Positions 50,922-64,000 of a stretch of DNA of 64,000 nucleotides are shown piece by piece. Source of the stretch: Camelus ferus (lineage: Eukaryota); assembly GCF_009834535.1 (NCBI RefSeq), contig NC_045697.1:86678001-86742000 (forward strand), in the 5' to 3' direction. Numbering within the stretch: position 1 is the stretch's first letter; each line of letters starts with the position of its first letter. A program made the translations under genes and the position numbers. The notes beneath the pieces were generated by a model. The model was given only the letters and a program-made list of their open reading frames with translations. It ran no database searches and was not told where the DNA came from.

Positions 50922-53900
50922 CCTACCCAGTCCCTCCTCTCAACAGCTGTTTTTCATGTTCTGAGATGAGCTCCAAGGAAGGCACTTCTGTGCTCGGATG
51001 CTCCAGGGCTTTGTTCAATAATCAGCTTTGTGGTTTCAGGAGGCCCAAAAGTACTCAGGGCTTGCCACTCCGTGCACTTTGTTCAGGAAGCTTGAGAGAC
51101 TTATTGTGGTTTCAGAAATGACACACTTGAAGTTCTGGAGTTGGCACAAACTGCTCCTCCTGCTCCAACAAAGGTAGGAAGAGAGGCAGCCATGGGGGCT
51201 GGTGGCCCAAAAACCGAAGCTGTGGTTGTCTCCACAGACAACTGCTCTTCAGCGAGCTTACAATTGCTCCACACCCCTTTCATGTGGGTAAAGAAAGAAC
51301 TTTATCAGACAGAAAGTCTCTATTCTCTTGAAGCGCTGGGGTGAGAGAGGAGGAAGTTGGGCAGCGAAAATCACGTTTTTGTTGAGCTCTGCCCGATCAC
51401 ATGGGTGGCTCCTTGCTGCTCGAAAGCCTCGCAGGTGCGTGTGTGCCGGCTGAGGCTCAGACTGCAACCTGAGGCCCCCAGAGAAGTGTGCCTGAAGTCT
51501 GAGGCCCCTGTGTTCTGGATTACCTGGCTTAGCTTGGCTGTATAAGGACAGAGGCCAAGGACAGTAAGACTCCAGGGCTAAATGGGCATTGCAAAGCCTT
51601 GTGAGAGAAGGCAAGTTGTGTAGAATTTCAGCCTCTCCCATTGCGACAATGCCAATATGCAAGCCACCCAATCACCGCCCCGAGGACAGACTGGCACATT
51701 TGTTAAAGAGAGCACCAGGTTACAAATAGTTTGTTTTTAGTTATAACTTTAAGGGTACATATAGACACATAAATTTGACTGTCCAGCCAACAATGTCAAA
51801 TTCCAGCCGCTGTGTATTACGGCCCCTCAGTACCACTAGAACTTTATTTCTTTGAGTCTTTTCAATCTCTCTTAGAATACAGACATTCTGGTGGGTATAT
51901 CTGGTAAAAATGGGGAAGTGACAGGTATCTGAAGCGGGGACAGGATGCTGGGAATGACAAAAGAGAATAAAAAGTCAAGATAGATTGTGCATATAGCTCG
52001 GCATGTTTGGAATAGGATCTGGAATCCATGGTCAGAAACAAAGTGGTCAATGGCGAAATCACAACCCAGGCAGTGTCTGTCTGGCTTGTGGCCCAGCCTC
52101 CTTCCCTGCCAGGCCCTCCTCCCCTCTGGCTGACTTGACCTCAGACTTCAAACTCGTTCTTACCCACTTTGATCCAGCAAACGTGTCATATAGAGGCACT
52201 GAACCAAGGAAATGTGCGTCCACATCTTGATTCTTTGGGTAAGGCGTTGTTTCTTCAGGTTAAATGGGGCTAGTGCCATCATGGTTTCCTGATGCTAAGA
52301 AATATTTTTTCTTGTATTTCTGAAATCTGGAAACATTTTTAAATGTATACATTTAACATGGAAATGTTTTTTTTTCTTTAATCCCCAAAAGCTGTTACTA
52401 AATAAATGGTGTATCTTTTAATCAGTGGCCCCTCAGAACTAAAAAAATATATAGTATTTTTTGTTCTTTCTCACAAGTTAATGTGAAGGATGAATGTGAT
52501 CATTCTTTTGAAAACTTGTCAGTGTATGAAGGAAGACAGTAAAATTCCATGGATTTTTCCTAGAGGGCCTGCTATCTATTGAGTGATGGTGCAGGTGACT
52601 CCCAATGACATCCAAATAGGTTCCTGCACAACAGACTCATAAGGCCCTTTTCTTAAAAGCACAATATTATAACGTTGGTTTCTGTTATTAGAAAACGATT
52701 TCGTATCTTTAAAATTCCCTGTCATTAAAATAAAAGAGAAAAGAGAGAAAATGGAAATACATGTTTTTAGAAACGTTGAAAGTAAACACAACATAAATTG
52801 TGTTATATACACTATATATGTATAAATTACATATATGAAAAGGAAGCATTACAAATGTTTCTTTAGGGATTTCTCTGCATGGTCTGGATTGACCAAGTCT
52901 TCTTGAAATATGAATACAATGAGATTTTGATAGAAAACATCATTTCTTTTCCTAAATATCCCATAGAAAACAAGAGTTCTTGATTATTCCAGGACTTGTT
53001 AAGGTATAAGGCTCCCAGAAGATGGATTTTGAGCTTCCATCAAGAAAGAGGAAGGTTGGGGACAGGCCAGCCGTGTGGGACCTCTCAGTGATACCAGGTA
53101 GGTGGCTCCTGCTCTCCTTCCTGGTCTGTTTTTCTGCAAATTGTTACATAGGAGCTGTTCTCTTTAAACTATTGGACTGGGGGATACATGGTGTCAGGCC
53201 TACTGGCAGTCTGACTATGGTCAGCATTTCCAGATTCCAAGAATTTGATTTTACAAAGTTAGATAGTAAATTCTCAGTAGTCAGAACTGAAACTTAGAAC
53301 CCCTGGCCCTGCATCCTGTGGGAATAAACGTAGCCTTATGGGATTAACAACTATGCATGTGGAGCAGAGATCCAACAAACTTTTATTGACCGACTACTGT
53401 GTGTGAGGCTCTATACTAGACATCAGATTTGCAAAGATGAATACATGCTGTACAATAGATACGAAAATGTGCTAAGGACATGGACTAGAGATTCACAGAA
53501 GAAAATTTAAATGGTCAATAAACATATAAATGTGTATAATTCACTAGCAGTTAAATATAGGTTAAAATGAGAAGTTTTTTTTTTTGCTCTGACACTGACA
53601 AACATTAGAAACAATAGCTATACCCAGTGTTAGAGAGCATGTGGGTGATTTTTCTATACTTTTATGAAATACCGCCTTTCTAGAGGAGTTTGATGATATG
53701 TGTGTATCAAAATAAAAATGCCCATGTTCAACCTGGAAATTCCCATTTTAGGAATTTAAATAAAATACATAATAGAAAAGGGGCTCAAAGATGTACATAC
53801 AGAGATTTTCCTTGAATTATTATTCATAATAATGATTCCATATAAATGTCACTTAACAGTGTTGGTAAATAATTTATGGTGTATCCTTTCAATGGATTGC

Positions 53901-54869
53901 CATGCAGTTGATGTATACCTCTGTTAGTATAGCTATCCACAGTACATCATCAAGCAAAAATAACAGAATGCTGCCCTTCATTCTGTTTCTGCTTTTTAAA
54001 CAAAGTGTACATAAATATATACGTAGAAATTAAGAAAGACCTTCCAAGATGATTAACATTGACTCCTCTTTCGTTTCTTTTTTTGTATGTACTTCTATTT
54101 CTTTAATTGTTTTTTGCAATCAGCTGTAATTACTTGAGGAAAAGTATTAAAATATAAATATCAAGCACTCTGTCCTCAAGGATATCACATTTTGTATAAT
54201 GGGCATATTTTTCCAAGCTGGCATGTGAATTGTCTACTAATTCTAGAGTTTAAGGAATTGGCAGAGCTAAGAAAGCTATGAGTCCACGTCTCTTTTCAAA
54301 GCCCAAAGCCCGGTCCTAGGAAGAGGACAGGGGGCCCAGACAAGTCCTGCCTCCCTGTCCTCCAGTGAGCCAGCCACTCCAGTCCTTTTCTCAGCATTTT
54401 TCTGCTTGTGATAAATTGGATCCAAGAGATGTCATCTCTCTTGAGCAGGGAAGGGACCACAGTTTATCAGCAGGTTCCTAAGTTCCAGGCACTCACTGGA
54501 TACACACATTTCCTCCACTGATGAGGTGGGTATTATTAGACAAAGTAACTGGCCCCAATATGGCAGAGACATAACTTAAATCCAGTCCTTTGGTTTCAAA
54601 AACCATGCATTTCCATGGGTTCTTTGTGTCTGCTTTTGTGCGTTTGTGTGTTCAAAACGCACAAAAATATAGATTCCTGCTTTAGTGTGAAATATTTCGT
54701 GCCCCCAGATTTGCACTTAGTTGGGTCTTCCTTGCAGAGGCCTACTGTGGGCACATTTTTTCATGCCTTAGCCTTCTTTAACTAGCTAGAAACTTGCACA
54801 CTCATCCATCCATCCATCCTTATATACAGCATCTCCATTCGTTCGTCCTTCCATCTGGTATTTGTTAAG

Positions 54870-55100
54870 AGCAACATAGTTTAGAGTTGAGAAGCATGGT
54901 CCATAGAACTAAACCAGCCGGGTGTAAATCATGGCTTCACAGCTTACGAGCTGTGAGACCACAAACAGGTTACTTAAATACCTTGTGCCTCCGTTTCCTG
55001 TAAAATGGAGTGATGACAGTACTTACCTCATAATGATGTGAATATCAAATGAATTAATCAATGTGAAGTACTTAGAGCAGCGCCTGGAGTGTAATAAGTA
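54870..55100 (+). mobile_element. MIR SINE (followed by antisense L2)
   Basis: gtgcctccgtttcctgtaaaatggag...gtacttacctcata. Confidence 0.75.
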
Positions 55101-57382
55101 CATCTCTATCATAGTTAATACCATGTGCCAGGCATGCTGAAATTTCAAAGTGGAACAAAACAGGGTTTCTGCCTTCAAGGAGCTTATAGCTTAGAGGAAG
55201 AGACAGACACACACAAGACCATAAGCAGAAGAGATTATCTAATCTGAACTGAACCTGCTGATGATGGGAAGAGCAGGGGCAAAGACCTGGGGGCAAGAGT
55301 TTGTTGTTAGCTTGGTTCAGAATGCCTGGGCTGCAGATTGCAGAGGGGTACAGGAGAGACAGAACTGGAGAGATGAGGTCAGCTTGTCTTTGGCAACTTT
55401 TATAAAAGTCCCTTAAATTTCATGGACTAAACCCGCCACTTTGCTTGCATTTAAACCTTTCTCCCAGTAATTGCCCTTAATTAATAACAACACATCAGAC
55501 CTAAAAGATAAGGTTGGAGGTCATGTGTAAAAACTCTCATTATGCTTGCTGTTTCTGGGACAGAGTGGCTGAGTGTTCGAGCTCTGCCTGTGTCTGGAAA
55601 TTCCACCACATTTAGAGTCTCGGGCTATGGAAGTGAGATCCAAAGTGTCCCCAGGTTTGGAGAAAACTGACTCTCCCAGCCACTGGGGTTTGGCAGGCTT
55701 TTCTTTTTTTGGGAGGTGGGGGGCTGCACCAGCTGCCTCCCAGCTTAGAGACTGGGGACATGAGGCACAACCCACAGCCCTGCCTTCAGTGGAAGTCACA
55801 GCATGCCTAGGGGCAGATTTATTTTACAGTTCTAGTATTGTCCTTCTCAAAAATGTTCCAAGGATAGACCTTGAGTCCTGCAGCTCCTACTGACTAGGAG
55901 TTTTATGGCTGTCTTGGCTAGTCTCAAGAACTACTCTCCCTCTATTTCTTTGCCTTTGAAATATTAAAATGTTTCCTCATTAGTCCACTTTAATGCCTCA
56001 TTCCTCACAAAAGTCATGTATTCTTATTTTTCTCTTCAATCGGTTTATTCTGTGAGTTTTCTTTATGAAGTTTGTATCTTTGGACAAAAAAGATTCTTAC
56101 TCTATTTTGAGATTCCCTTTGACAGTAAAGGGAAGACGCTCACTGAACTGATAGCTATTTTCCAGAGGAGGTTCAAACCCTGTTACCTATATTTATCTTC
56201 AAAAGGACTTTTGTAGGTCTGTCATAACACCCTCTGTCTTTCTCTGTTGACTTCTGCTCACTTTCTGTTTTTTGGTATAACATCCTCCATAGGGTATTTT
56301 TGGCAACAGAGCTTGCCTGAATTAGTCTCCTTTTCATTTCCGAGGCAAACAGGTGATTCATCTTTAGTAGGGAGGACTTTCACAAACATAGGTGTACTGT
56401 TTTGTATCACTGGGGTTTGAGTTAGGGAGATGGATCAAGGAAAGTTGTTGCAACAGGTATTCAGCTTTCCCATTAGTTCTTCACAGTCGCTCCTGTCAAC
56501 AGCGCCAGGAAGAATGTGAGTGCAGGTAAAGGTCTCCTTGGACTTCTTTTGACACCACCCCTGCTGGGGAAGTGGGTGGGATGGGCGGAGGGAGAAAGGC
56601 TGGAAGCTGAAGCTGCAAATGCATTAAAGAGTGTCTCCTGATGTGCCATACTGGGAGGGCTCAGCACTGCCTCTGTTGTATTCCTGCCAAATCATTTAAT
56701 CTGAATCTAACAGTGAGAAAACAATTATGTATGTGCAAATTGTGAAATATTTTGCAATGCATTTGGCTTGGGCTCTTCAAAAAGAAGTTAATGTAATTTT
56801 AAAAACAAAACAAAAGATTGGGGAATTATTCTAGATTAGTTCTCCAAACATGGTCCCCAGGCCAGCAGCATCAGCATCCCCTAGCAGCTTATTGGACGTG
56901 CATTTAGTCATCAAGTTTCCTAAGTCTCTTTTAATCTAGAACCATGGCTCTCCAACTTTAGTACAGAGTCAGAATCACCTTGAGGGTTCTATAAAGACAG
57001 ATTTCCACCCACCCCCTACCCCTGTCCAAACACACACACCAGCGGAGAGTTCCTAGGGGTAAAGTCTGATGCTTCTGGCCCTTGGACCACATTTTGAGTA
57101 GCATGGTATTAAATAATAGTATTAGTTCAATGTTAAATTTCTAAGTGTGATCATCATGTTTGTATAGGAAGAAGCCTTTGTTTTTGGAGAGTCTTGAACT
57201 ATTTAGAGATGAAGTACCATGATATCTACAAGTAACTCAAATGATTCAGTAAAATAAATAAATGGCTAGATGGATAGATGAATGGATAGAGCAAACACTG
57301 CCAAATGTTAACCATCAGTGAACATAGATGAACAGCAAGCATAAAGAACAAAATAAATAGTGAAGTAACATAAACAAACACT

Positions 57383-58946
57383 GGGGTAGAGGGGATTTCC
57401 TCTACCCTCTTAGGTTCATTACCTGGGGCTTTGCAAATTAGAATGACAAAAGACAGCTTAACAGAAGAAAAGGGATGCAAATTTTATTTGATGTTAACTT
57501 TGGGGGCCTTCCTGGAAAAGAAGTGAGGACATAAAGAAGTGAATATTCCTGAGAGTTTATATGCCATTTTTAAGAAAGGATGGTAGATTGTGGAGGTGTG
57601 ACAAGACAAAGGAAAAGGGTTTGGGGCTTTCAAGTGTGGAAAACTATGAGAAGGTAAATATATGGGGGAAACTGACAGAAAGTAAGGGCTATCTTAGCAA
57701 GGTTTGTTTGTGCAGGTTCATCTCAATACCAACTTTCCGTCTTCATGGCCATAAAACTTCCCTGGGATAGGGGATCTATGACAGTCCTTATTTCTCAGGA
57801 GTTTCTGCTGTTCGTCCAATAAGGGAAGATCTGGGATAGCTTCTTTCTACAGCCATTGAATCTCGAATGTCTTCAACTCGAAATAATCTTTATGCCAAAG
57901 TGGAAAAAGCATTCAGGACACACCACCTTAAAATATGACCCCTTGGCATGTTGAATATTTTAATGTGAAAGAATTTGAGAAGTGGCAGATCCAGGAAGGA
58001 CTCTGACCTCCCCTGTCCCTGCTAAAGCAGGTTTTAAGACCCTCATGTGAGAGCTGCCCTCCCTATATCTGGAAGAAAGGAATATCCTTATCTCTGAAGA
58101 CAGAGTTGCCAAGAGGAATCCAAACCAACAGGCCTTGCTAAGTTTCCCCCAGTTTGCTACCCTTAGTTCTTACTAAAGTAAAATGCAGTCTATAAGTTGA
58201 GTGTTATGTTTTATTCGGCAAACTTTCTGAGGACTTGAACCTGGGAGGTAGCCTCTCAGATCGCTCTAAGAGGCAGGAGAGCCAGAATACATAGGTGTTT
58301 TGCCACAAAGACCAGGTAGTCAGAACATGAAAAGATTACTGTTAAAGAAAGTCAGATATCTCAAGTTAAGGAATTTAGCACTTTTCTATGTATGGGAAGG
58401 TGCAAAACTCTAGGCTCATTTAAATCATTCCTTTGATATGCACCTCACTGTCTAGGGCCAGTGTCCTGTTTGTTCCCATTCTGAGTTCCCTCAGGGTGCA
58501 TAGTGTGGGTGGCAGCAGAAGTCCAGGATGCCTGCTTATCTCCATCCTTAGTTCCCTCCACTCACTGTTGGGGGTGGCAGTAGCCGCTGATGACTTGATG
58601 GCCACAGCGTTCTTTGTTTACTGATATGGCTGGCAATATTTTTCATTCACATGCCTTTTGCCCTATCATATTTTCCCATGGCTTTCCAGATGTCATCAAA
58701 CCTAGTATAAACATGCTCAGGCTTAACCACTTATTTGGATCTTCATTTCCTTATGAAGGCTCCCATGTTACATAAAACATATGTTACGTAAATATATGTA
58801 ATATGCTTTTCTCTTGTTAAGCTGTCTTTTGTCAGACTAATTTACAGAGTCCTAGCCATTAAACCTAGGAAGGCAGAATGGAAAGCATATTTTCTTTCCT
58901 CTCTTACAGCGGCCTATTTGAGGATGAGACAGTCTGATCTCCTTCA
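57383..58946. mobile_element. Three nested ERV1-class LTRs (MER34-like minus > MER34-like plus > MER41-like minus)
   Basis: Outer LTR breaks at atgccaaagtgg (57903) and resumes gcggcctatttg...ccttca (58909-58946). Middle LTR ~57904-58170 plus 58652-58908. Inner LTR ~58171-58651. Confidence 0.75.
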
Positions 58947-59262
58947 AGACAGACAAAGTATCTACCTAGAGATTGCAGTTTTTATTGCCCCTATTAACAG
59001 TATACCAGAGTGGAGCATGGAAAGAGCAGCCTTTGGGTGGATCTGATGTGCATCTCCAAGGCTGCTGGATGAGCAGAGTGTAGTGCATGATTCCATGACT
59101 GGTCCTCATGATTTTAACCTGGAAAGCTGAGAGCTGGTCTCATAGTAATAGTGGTTTGTGCCATAGTGACCAAAGGGAGTGGTGACCTTGTTAAACTGAT
59201 TTATTTCATTAATACTGTTTAAATCTTCAGTCAGTCAACCAACTTCATTTACCATTTCTATA

Positions 59263-59915
59263 TGTTACTGAAACAAACTTGGGTCTGCTTGCCTGTGTGC
59301 AGTAAAGCCAATCTATTGACATTGAGTTGTGATGAAGGAAAGTGTAATGTTTATTGCAGGTGCCAAGCAAGGAGTATAGGAAGCTAATGCTAAAAAACTC
59401 TGAGCTCCCTGATGGCTTTCAGGGAAAGGTGTTTAAAGACAGGGTAAGGGAGAGGGTTGCAGTGTGTGTAATCAGCTCATGGACATTCTTCTGATTGGTT
59501 GGGGTGAGGTAATCGGGAGTCAGTATCATCAACCTTCTGGTTCCAACCAGTCTGGGATCTACGTGCTTGTGGGCAGCATACAGTTAACTTCTTCCAGCTG
59601 GTGGGCATTTCAGTATCTGCAAAACAGCCCAAAGGATATGGCTCAGAATATTATCTATAGCCCTTGAGGAGGAACTAAAGGTCTTTGACTTTGTTTAATG
59701 GCTAAACTATTATTAGTTTGACTTGCTTGACTGTTTTCCTTTGTTTCTGCATTTTCTCACTTCTCTAATTAAGTTTATTCTTTGAAACTCAGGGAAGGCC
59801 TAGGAGTCTAGTTTTTCTATAAACAGGAGGCAGGTGGAGGACATGGCGGGGGGAGGTAGGGAAGGGAAGGGGAGGTCTATCCTGCGAAGGCCCCATAGGG
59901 TCCTACTAGGTTACA
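59263..59915 (-). mobile_element. Complete solo ERV1-class LTR
   Basis: TG...CA termini with a 4-bp TSD tata on both sides. Confidence 0.85.
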
Positions 59916-61539
59916 TATATGGTGTCAGGAATATTTGACTCTAGCCTTCTGGATCCAACCAGTGAGTATACCCAGGGCCTAGAGCAGGAAATACTTTAAT
60001 CTCTGGAAGGGGTGGTTCAAGGCACCTGGTGGATGTGAGGAAGGAATGTAGAATCTGGTTCAGGCAATGCCACCCTAGAGATCTGCAGCCTGGGCAGGAC
60101 ATTTAGACCCTTTGGCCCTCTGCTTTCTAGTCTGTAGCCTAACCACTGGACCAGAGCAGGGGTTTTCAAATCGTGCTCCGTGGAACCTTCTGAGATTCCC
60201 TGAATAGACTCCAGGCTACTTAAAGGAGTGAGGGACACCTTTCAGATAGCTCTGGGGGAAGGTTCCTCCCCTGCTCCAACCACACACATGTGAACTATCC
60301 ACCCCTGCACAGCAAACAACAAAGTTCTATTGGGTGTTGTAGGATTTCCAATGGAGGGTGGGTCACTGACAGGGAAAATGGGATGATGGGATGACGACAG
60401 AAAACAAAAGAAGGCAGAATCCTCCTCCAGGACCAGGAAACACACAAGAAAACCTCATTCTTGTCAACATTTGTTGAGTGCCTTCTCAGCAGGAGGAAAG
60501 ATTAGTTTATTGTTCAAGCCAGAGGTTCTACATAAGGACTGAGGAGAGGGTGAAGGCAGCACGGGGTCCAGCATGACCGCCCAAAGATTCCTGGAGATGT
60601 TTCTCAGTCAGCTCCCAAAAGGAAGCTCTACAACCCAGATTCTGATTCTGAGACTTGTGTATGTCCTGCCTTTACCCTCCACGGCAATAAGAGAGGCCTC
60701 TTTTCATGTTGCCATTGTCAATGCCTCATGGAGCTCTGGGCTCCAGCAGGAAATGCTAGGTACCCCCTGGCATCCAGCAATATTTGCCATAAATTGTGAC
60801 TGTAGAAAAACAAGTCACCTTTGTGGGATCATTTTACCCTTGTTTTCATTTAGGTATCGTTCTAGGCAAACAACTGTGCCAGCGAGCTAGAATGTTTATA
60901 CTGACCATCACTCAGTTCCCACATGTCCAGATGCTTTCTTCTCAGCACTCCTGCCACGGTGGACTGTCCCACCAGCCAGGCACAGGTCTGCAGCCTGCTT
61001 CCCCATCACAGCACATAATGGCATTGCTAGCTAAAATTTCAGCATCTGCCCCAGCCAAACACACGCATGCACGGTTACTGGCTAATTACTAGTTACCAAG
61101 GCATGAATCTTAGACTATTCCTTTGAAAAATGAAAATAGACATCAGGTTCCCTGTTGTTTCAGGTTTACTTCAGCAGTTCTAGTTTGCTGCTCCAAGGCA
61201 TAGGAAATAAACCCTTAACACGTTTGACCCACAGTCTCAAATGCTGCAACAGGCAACAGCTTCGTATTATTTTTCTTTAAAAAAACACAGAAACAAGCCT
61301 CATATTAAAGATTTCTTCTGGATTTGCATTTATTCCCACTCCTCCCACTGTTACACTTGCTTCTGGTTACACTAACCAGCTCATAGTCTAGCATAAGTCA
61401 CTGAGCCTTCTCGAGCCCTCGTTTGTCCATTTATAGGAATATATGGAAGGTTGTAGCCTCCTGAATGGCCATGCTGTCTGTGGCCAGATTCCGTGCTGTG
61501 GCTTCTGCCTACAAGCTCATAACTACCCTCTAGACCTAC

Positions 61540-61725
61540 TAGAGGGCGATTTTGCCCCACCAGGAGATACGCGGCAATGTCTGGAGACATTTTTGGTTGT
61601 CACAACTTAGGGTTAAGGAGCAGCTGGCATCTAAGTGGTAGAGGCCAGATATACTGCTTAATCTCCTATAATGCACAAGATAAGTCCGCACAACGTGTCA
61701 GTAGCGCCAGCTTGAAAAACTCTTC
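61540..61725 (+). mobile_element. MER20 DNA transposon
   Basis: gggcgattttgcccc...ggcaatgtctggagacatttttggttgtcacaac. Confidence 0.85.
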
Positions 61726-61984
61726 TAGATCTAGTAATTCCTACAAGTCATTAGCCTGCAGTTTAAATGTCACTTCCCCCAGGACACCTTGTCTAATGCC
61801 TATGTGATAGCTGAACATAAAGCTATCAAAACAGTTGTCACTACATGCTAGATGTTATAGTTGTTCTTTACCCATTTTTCTCTTTAGGAGATAAGGAAAT
61901 GGTTCTTGTTTAGTGTTTTATGTGTCTCTTCAGCTTAGCACATAAGGTAGAACAAGGGAATGGGTAGATGGATTGATGTGCGGT

Positions 61985-62442
61985 TGATCAGTTTGCTAGA
62001 GATGCCATAGCACAGTACTACAGACTGGGTGACTTAAACAACAGAAATTTATTTTCTCAAGTTCTGAAGGCTGAAAGTCCAAGATCAAGGTGTCAGCAGG
62101 TTTGGTGTCTTCTGAGGTCTTTCTCCCTTGGCTTGCAGATCACTGAACTCTTCTTATAAGAACACTAGGGTGGGTGGGTACAGCTCAGTGGTAGAGCACA
62201 TACTTAGCATGCACAAGGACCTGGGTTCAATCCCCAGTACCTCCATAAAAAAACAATAGCAAGAAAACAAAAAACAGTCAGATTGGTTTAAGGCCCACTC
62301 CACTCTTTAATTTATCACCTATTTTAACTTAATCACCTCTTTGAAGGCTCTATCTTCAAATACAGTCACACCCTGAGATACTAGGGGGTTAGGGCTTCAG
62401 TGTATGAATTTGGCAGGGGGGACACAGTTTAGTCCATAACAG
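61985..62442 (-). mobile_element. MLT1 LTR interrupted by a SINE
   Basis: gacttaaacaacagaaatttattttctca...gtccaagatcaaggtgtcagcagg...gtccataaca. Confidence 0.85.
62168..62270 (+). mobile_element. tRNA-derived camelid SINE (Vic-1 type)
   Basis: agctcagtggtagagcacatacttagcatgcacaaggacctgggttcaatccccagtacctcca plus an A-rich tail. Confidence 0.88.
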
Positions 62443-63509
62443 ATGGATTTTATTATCTCTAACATTCTGAAGTGCAAGTCCAGAGGAATATGTTTCAGTT
62501 GATGAACAATTCTCCTCATCCCTTCCCAGCTCTGGCTTCTGTTTAACAATCTTTCCACCTTCTACCTCCAAATCACTGAGGGCTGTGAGGTCAGAAATGA
62601 AAATCACCTGATGTATCCTTGGCACTAACAACCTTACACGGGTGACCAAAGCAGCTCTCCGTGCATCCTTGGCTCCTGCCTCCACCACTAGCAAGCTGAA
62701 TGGTCTTGGGCAATCTCAGTTCCTGCTCTGAAAAATGGGACCGTGATTATATTACTCTCTCAGGGCTGGTGCCAGGATTTATCAAGAAAATGCATAAAAT
62801 GTGCCTAACATAGTGCTTGGCACAAAGTAAATATTCAATAAATGTTAGCTTTATTTCACCGTTGCTTTTTTTTTTTTTGTAAATTAGACTTTTTTTTTTT
62901 TGCATTACATTCATTTTCTTTCACCTTAGTTAAAAACTGAACTTTGCAAGGCAAAACATATTTTGCTCTCCCTTTCATGTTAGTTGACATGTATAGCTAA
63001 ATTGAGAAACCCACTTGTCATCCAGTTTTTACTCACAGCTGCCCTCGTACCCTATGTGCCACCAACTCCCTTAAGCTAATAACAGGCTAATGGGAAAACA
63101 GGAGGAATGGAGTCCTTCAGGACTCACATTTCGTCTGTCAACCTAATCGTCTCCCTCTCACCCATCCTAGCACCCACTCCTGCATTAAACGTATAGATTC
63201 TACTTCCTTAATCTCTTAAAGATTTCTCTTTCCCCATAGGTGTCTCTTTCTGCCTTGGCTGGGACCTCATCACTTCTTGTGTGGTACCTCTTTAGAGCAT
63301 GACTTTCCTGGCCCTGGATGAGATCCCTTCACACCCAGTCTCTCCTCTGCTCTTGGTTTGTTTTTGCCAACATAAAATGCCTCAGTGGCTTTCTCCAGCT
63401 TTCAGGATGAACTTCAAATTTCTTAATCCATGAGGCCCTTTCCAATTTGTCCCTACTTCCCTCTTTAGGCTCCTCTTCCAAGACCCTCCTGCTAAAGGGA
63501 CTGGGATTA

Positions 63510-64000
63510 TGAATGTAATTGTAATTGCACTGAATTTATAGATAAATTGAGGGGGAAATTGACTTTTAGCAATATTCAGTCTTCCAATTCATGAACATAA
63601 TACAGTTCTCCATTTACGGAGATCTTAATTTTCTCCCAACAATATTTTGAAGATTTAGTTTAGAAGTTTTGTGTCTCTTATTGAATATGATGCTAAGCAT
63701 TTTACAACTTTGATACTATAATGAATGAGATTTAAAATTTTTCGTTTCCCAGTTTTTACTGCTGGCATATATAGAATTGATTTTGTATATTGACCTTGTA
63801 TGTTGAGACCAAGATAAATTTACTTACTGGTTCCAGTAAATTTTTTTGTATTTTATGGAGTTTTCTATGTTCTCAGTCATGTCAATCTATAAATAGAAAC
63901 AGTTTTGCTTTTCCCTTCCAATGTTTGTAATTTCTATGTATTTTTTGCCTTATTATACTTGTTGAGCTTCCAAGGCAGTTTTGAATAAAAGTGATAGTAG
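63510..64000 (-). mobile_element. Old L1 ORF2 fragment
   Basis: Antisense ORF2 (ttgcactgaatttatagataaattg...cttccaattcatgaacat). Confidence 0.8.

Noticed and set aside
51116..51288. Two plus-strand exon-like pieces giving MTHLKFWSWHKLLLLLQQR...
   Set aside because: 64-nt intron, no recognisable homology and no further exons.
62168..62245. tRNA-like sequence (also 9770-9846)
   Set aside because: A-rich tail, divergence and insertion in an LTR identify it as a SINE, not a tRNA gene.

Overview
Repeat-rich mammalian genomic DNA, most likely camelid (two tRNA-derived Vic-1-type SINEs at 9770-9846 and 62168-62270). I find no intact protein-coding gene; nearly all ORF-track entries are L1/ERVL fragments or chance frames. 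The main signal is on the minus strand between ~44.8 kb and ~0.4 kb: a chain of roughly 35 AG...GT-bounded, largely phase-compatible exons with scattered stops and frameshifts, i.e. a large intron-containing (unitary-type) pseudogene. Read 5'->3' it encodes a possible leader, a decayed Gly-X-Y collagen exon, a Cys-containing region I cannot assign, about three EGF-like repeats with a putative transmembrane segment, short linker exons, and then a long region resembling the RGS22/RGSL1 family. It is either one lost receptor-like collagen/EGF/TM/RGS gene or two tandem dead genes. Family assignments come from hand translation and from my recollection of human RGS22/RGSL1 sequences, so they need profile searches. 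The rest of the window is an ERVL remnant, two 5'-inverted L1s, a three-level nest of ERV1 LTRs, MIR/L2/MLT/MER fossils and a few candidate regulatory motifs.
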